In this document: one piece after another, positions 40,945 to 42,985 of the stretch
How the letters are laid out: each line of letters starts with the position of its first letter
How positions within the stretch are numbered: the first letter of the stretch is position 1
Source: Candidatus Bipolaricaulia bacterium
GTDB lineage: Bacteria; Bipolaricaulota; Bipolaricaulia; JBHIAT01
Reading direction: 5' to 3'
DNA length: 42,985 bases
NCBI GenBank assembly: GCA_046758705.1
Contig: JBHIAT010000010.1
Coordinates: 1 to 42,985 of the forward strand
Position numbers and translations under genes: made by a program
The notes under the pieces: generated by a model
The model's input: the letters and a program-made list of their open reading frames with translations, nothing else
Database searches by the model: none
Told to the model about the DNA's origin: nothing

Positions 40945-41010
40945 CTAGTTCAATAGTTGACAAACGAGACAATCTATGCTATCATGTTCAAAATAACTAG
41001 TTCTATAGTT
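40945..41010 (+). promoter_or_regulatory. promoter with two putative BlaI-family operators
   Basis: TTGACA(40957)-17-TATCAT(40980); CTAGTTCAATAGTT (40945..40958) and CTAGTTCTATAGTT (40997..41010). Confidence 0.65.
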
Positions 41011-41030
41011 TCAAAATAGAGGGATCCAGT

Positions 41031-41426
41031 ATGACAAGACCGAGATCACCCATATTGACCGAGGGCGAACTCCGGCTCATGAACATCCTCTGGGACAAAG
41101 GCGCGGCCACCGTTAGGGAGGTCGCTAACGCCTTGCCCGAAGATCAATCGTTGGCCTATACCACCGTCTTGACCACCCTGCAAACCCTTGAGAAAAAAGG
41201 CTTTCTCCGCCACGAGAAGCAAGATCAGGATCGTGCTTTCATCTATCATCCGGTGGTCGATCGCAACGAAGCCCGCCGTAGTGCGGTCAGATACATCGTA
41301 AGCCGTTTCTTTAACGGTTCTCCAGAGTTGTTGGTGCTCAACATCCTGGAACATGAGGAGCTCGATTCCCAAGAGTTGCAGTACCTGAAGCAGCTGCTTG
41401 AAGAGGAAGAGGAGGTAAAGAGGTAA
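41031..41426 (+). CDS. BlaI/MecI/CopY family transcriptional repressor
   Basis: LTEGELRLMNILW..GAATVREV, LAYTTVLTTLQTLEKKG, RAFIYHP, FFNGS. Confidence 0.93.
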   Translation: MTRPRSPILTEGELRLMNILWDKGAATVREVANALPEDQSLAYTTVLTTLQTLEKKGFLRHEKQDQDRAFIYHPVVDRNEARRSAVRYIVSRFFNGSPELLVLNILEHEELDSQELQYLKQLLEEEEEVKR

Positions 41427-41445
41427 AGTAATAGGGGGGAGTGCC

Positions 41446-42985
41446 ATGTCATTCCTGGATCTGATCGGTCCAATGGCCCGGGGTACGGTGGAGGTTCTCT
41501 TCAACAGCTTGTTGGCAGGGATGGCATTGACCGCACTGATCTGGGGACTGTTACGACTGGTCCGAAGGATCAATGCGACAACCAGGTATGTAGTCTGGTA
41601 TGTCACGTTGCTCGCGGTGATCTGCCTACCGTTGTTCATCTTCATCAGTCAGGTTCCCTCTGAAACAGGTCGGACGCCGTTGAACGCACCTGTTTCCGTT
41701 GAGGTTCCCTCTGCTCCAATACCTAGAGCTCAAGAAACGCTTCCTCCTCGATTACAAGAGGCAAGCGATCTTACCGGAGACACAACCCTGAGCACTCCCG
41801 TTGCAACTGAAGCTCAGGATGCACCTCAGCCAGCCAGGCTGAGATGGAGATCTCCCGTTTGGCGCTTCCCAGAGCAGGGGGTGCTGTTTGTCTTCGGCGC
41901 TTGGCTCTTTGGAGCGGTGAGTCTGATGGCTCGACTCCTTTGGAGCTATGCTCACCTGGGACGGCTCAAGCAAACTAGCTCCCCCCTGTTACGAACGGAT
42001 CAACTCCAGTTGCAGCAATGGATGACAGCTTTCGGTGTTCGTCGCCGGGTACATTTGCATAGCTCTCCAGAGATTGCGGTGCCCATGACCGTGGGCTTGA
42101 TCAATCCGGTGATCCTCCTTCCTGAATCCTTCCTAACTCAGTTGACCGAAACCGAACTGGATCAGGTGGTGTTGCACGAGTTAGCACACCTGCAGCGCTG
42201 GGATGATTGGTCGAACATGGTTCAGAAACTGATTCAAGTGGCCTTCTTTTTCCACCCAGCGATCATGTGGATAGGGAGGCGGTTGCATCTGGAGCGCGAG
42301 GTCGCCTGCGATGACTGGGTCACCGCGAAGCTAGGGGGGGATAGCCGGTCATACGCGACCTGTTTGATCAAGTTGGTGGAACTAGCCCTCCACCAACAGC
42401 AGCCGCTGTTAGAGATAGAGAGCGGGACCATGATGGCAAAGACTCAGATCCAAAGAAGGATCACCCGGTTACTCGATAAGCAGCGAACCATCACCGCTCG
42501 CGTTTCAAAGGTGAGACTCTTGACCACACTCGGCGGGCTTATTGCCGGGGTTGTCCTATTTGCTCAGGTGACGCCCGTCATAGCCGTGTTCGTGTCCCCC
42601 CCTGAGCCCCCTGATACAACCGTGTCCCAGGTGAATCAGACGGGCGAGGACACGGGCAAGATCCAAGAGATCAATGAATTCATCGAGGCTCTGCAAGATG
42701 AGGACTGGCGTGTACGCTTGTCAGCCGCCCGGACGCTGAGAGAGATGGGCCCTAAGGCTAAGGATGCCGTCCCCGCCCTGATCGAGGCGCTGGGGGATGC
42801 GAGAGCGCCGGTGCGCTCGCTCGCCGTCACTGCGCTCAGGGCGATCGGTTCTGACGCGGTCCCCGCCCTGGTCGAAGCGTTGCAGGATAAGGAGGTACGT
42901 GAGTTCGCTGTCGAGGCCCTAGGGAGGATCAGCCCTGCTGACACCCAGGAGGTGATCCCTGTCCTGGTCAAGGTGTTGCACAATG
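41446..42985 (+). CDS. BlaR1-like M56 metallopeptidase with C-terminal HEAT repeats (partial, runs off the window)
   Basis: Manual translation from ATG 41446: NATTRYVVW, VPMTVGLINPVILLP, HELAHLQRWD, FFHPAIMW...EREVACDDWV, then ALQDEDWRVRLSAARTL..MGPKAKDAVPALIEAL; absent from the ORF track because it has no stop. Confidence 0.92.
   Translation, partial: MSFLDLIGPMARGTVEVLFNSLLAGMALTALIWGLLRLVRRINATTRYVVWYVTLLAVICLPLFIFISQVPSETGRTPLNAPVSVEVPSAPIPRAQETLPPRLQEASDLTGDTTLSTPVATEAQDAPQPARLRWRSPVWRFPEQGVLFVFGAWLFGAVSLMARLLWSYAHLGRLKQTSSPLLRTDQLQLQQWMTAFGVRRRVHLHSSPEIAVPMTVGLINPVILLPESFLTQLTETELDQVVLHELAHLQRWDDWSNMVQKLIQVAFFFHPAIMWIGRRLHLEREVACDDWVTAKLGGDSRSYATCLIKLVELALHQQQPLLEIESGTMMAKTQIQRRITRLLDKQRTITARVSKVRLLTTLGGLIAGVVLFAQVTPVIAVFVSPPEPPDTTVSQVNQTGEDTGKIQEINEFIEALQDEDWRVRLSAARTLREMGPKAKDAVPALIEALGDARAPVRSLAVTALRAIGSDAVPALVEALQDKEVREFAVEALGRISPADTQEVIPVLVKVLHN

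Overview
Bacterial chromosomal window, mostly GC-rich, with ordinary metabolic and housekeeping genes interleaved with heavily eroded mobile or defence DNA. In order: (1) a degraded integron: truncated intI, a higBA toxin-antitoxin cassette with attC-type ends, and the 5' end of a group II intron inserted in the cassette's attC; (2) an NMT1/SsuA-type ABC transporter, one permease of which carries a large nested phage-like repeat domain; (3) an FrhB-like Fe-S flavoprotein plus 2-oxoacid:ferredoxin oxidoreductase operon that shares a 36-bp upstream element with the ABC binding-protein gene; (4) a lower-GC pair of hypothetical genes and gene fragments; (5) an S9 peptidase, an aapJQMP amino-acid ABC transporter, a nucleoside hydrolase and a BMP-family nucleoside ABC transporter; (6) a ~1-kb DUF3800 gene plus convergent structured ncRNA, bracketed by a 108-bp duplication of the permease 3' end; (7) a 301-bp non-autonomous IS200/IS605-like element; (8) a pseudogenised SNF2 helicase / DUF1156 methylase / DUF499 ATPase restriction-like locus containing a RAYT transposase and REPs; (9) mutS, gyrB with a 152-aa mini-intein, an aspartyl-protease/PDZ protein and a BlaI + M56/HEAT-repeat pair running off the end. 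No rRNA, tRNA or CRISPR array was seen. All family assignments are from motif recognition by eye, not database searches. The best candidates for new biology are the DUF3800-ncRNA module, the sense-orientation attC-targeting intron and the repeat-domain permease.
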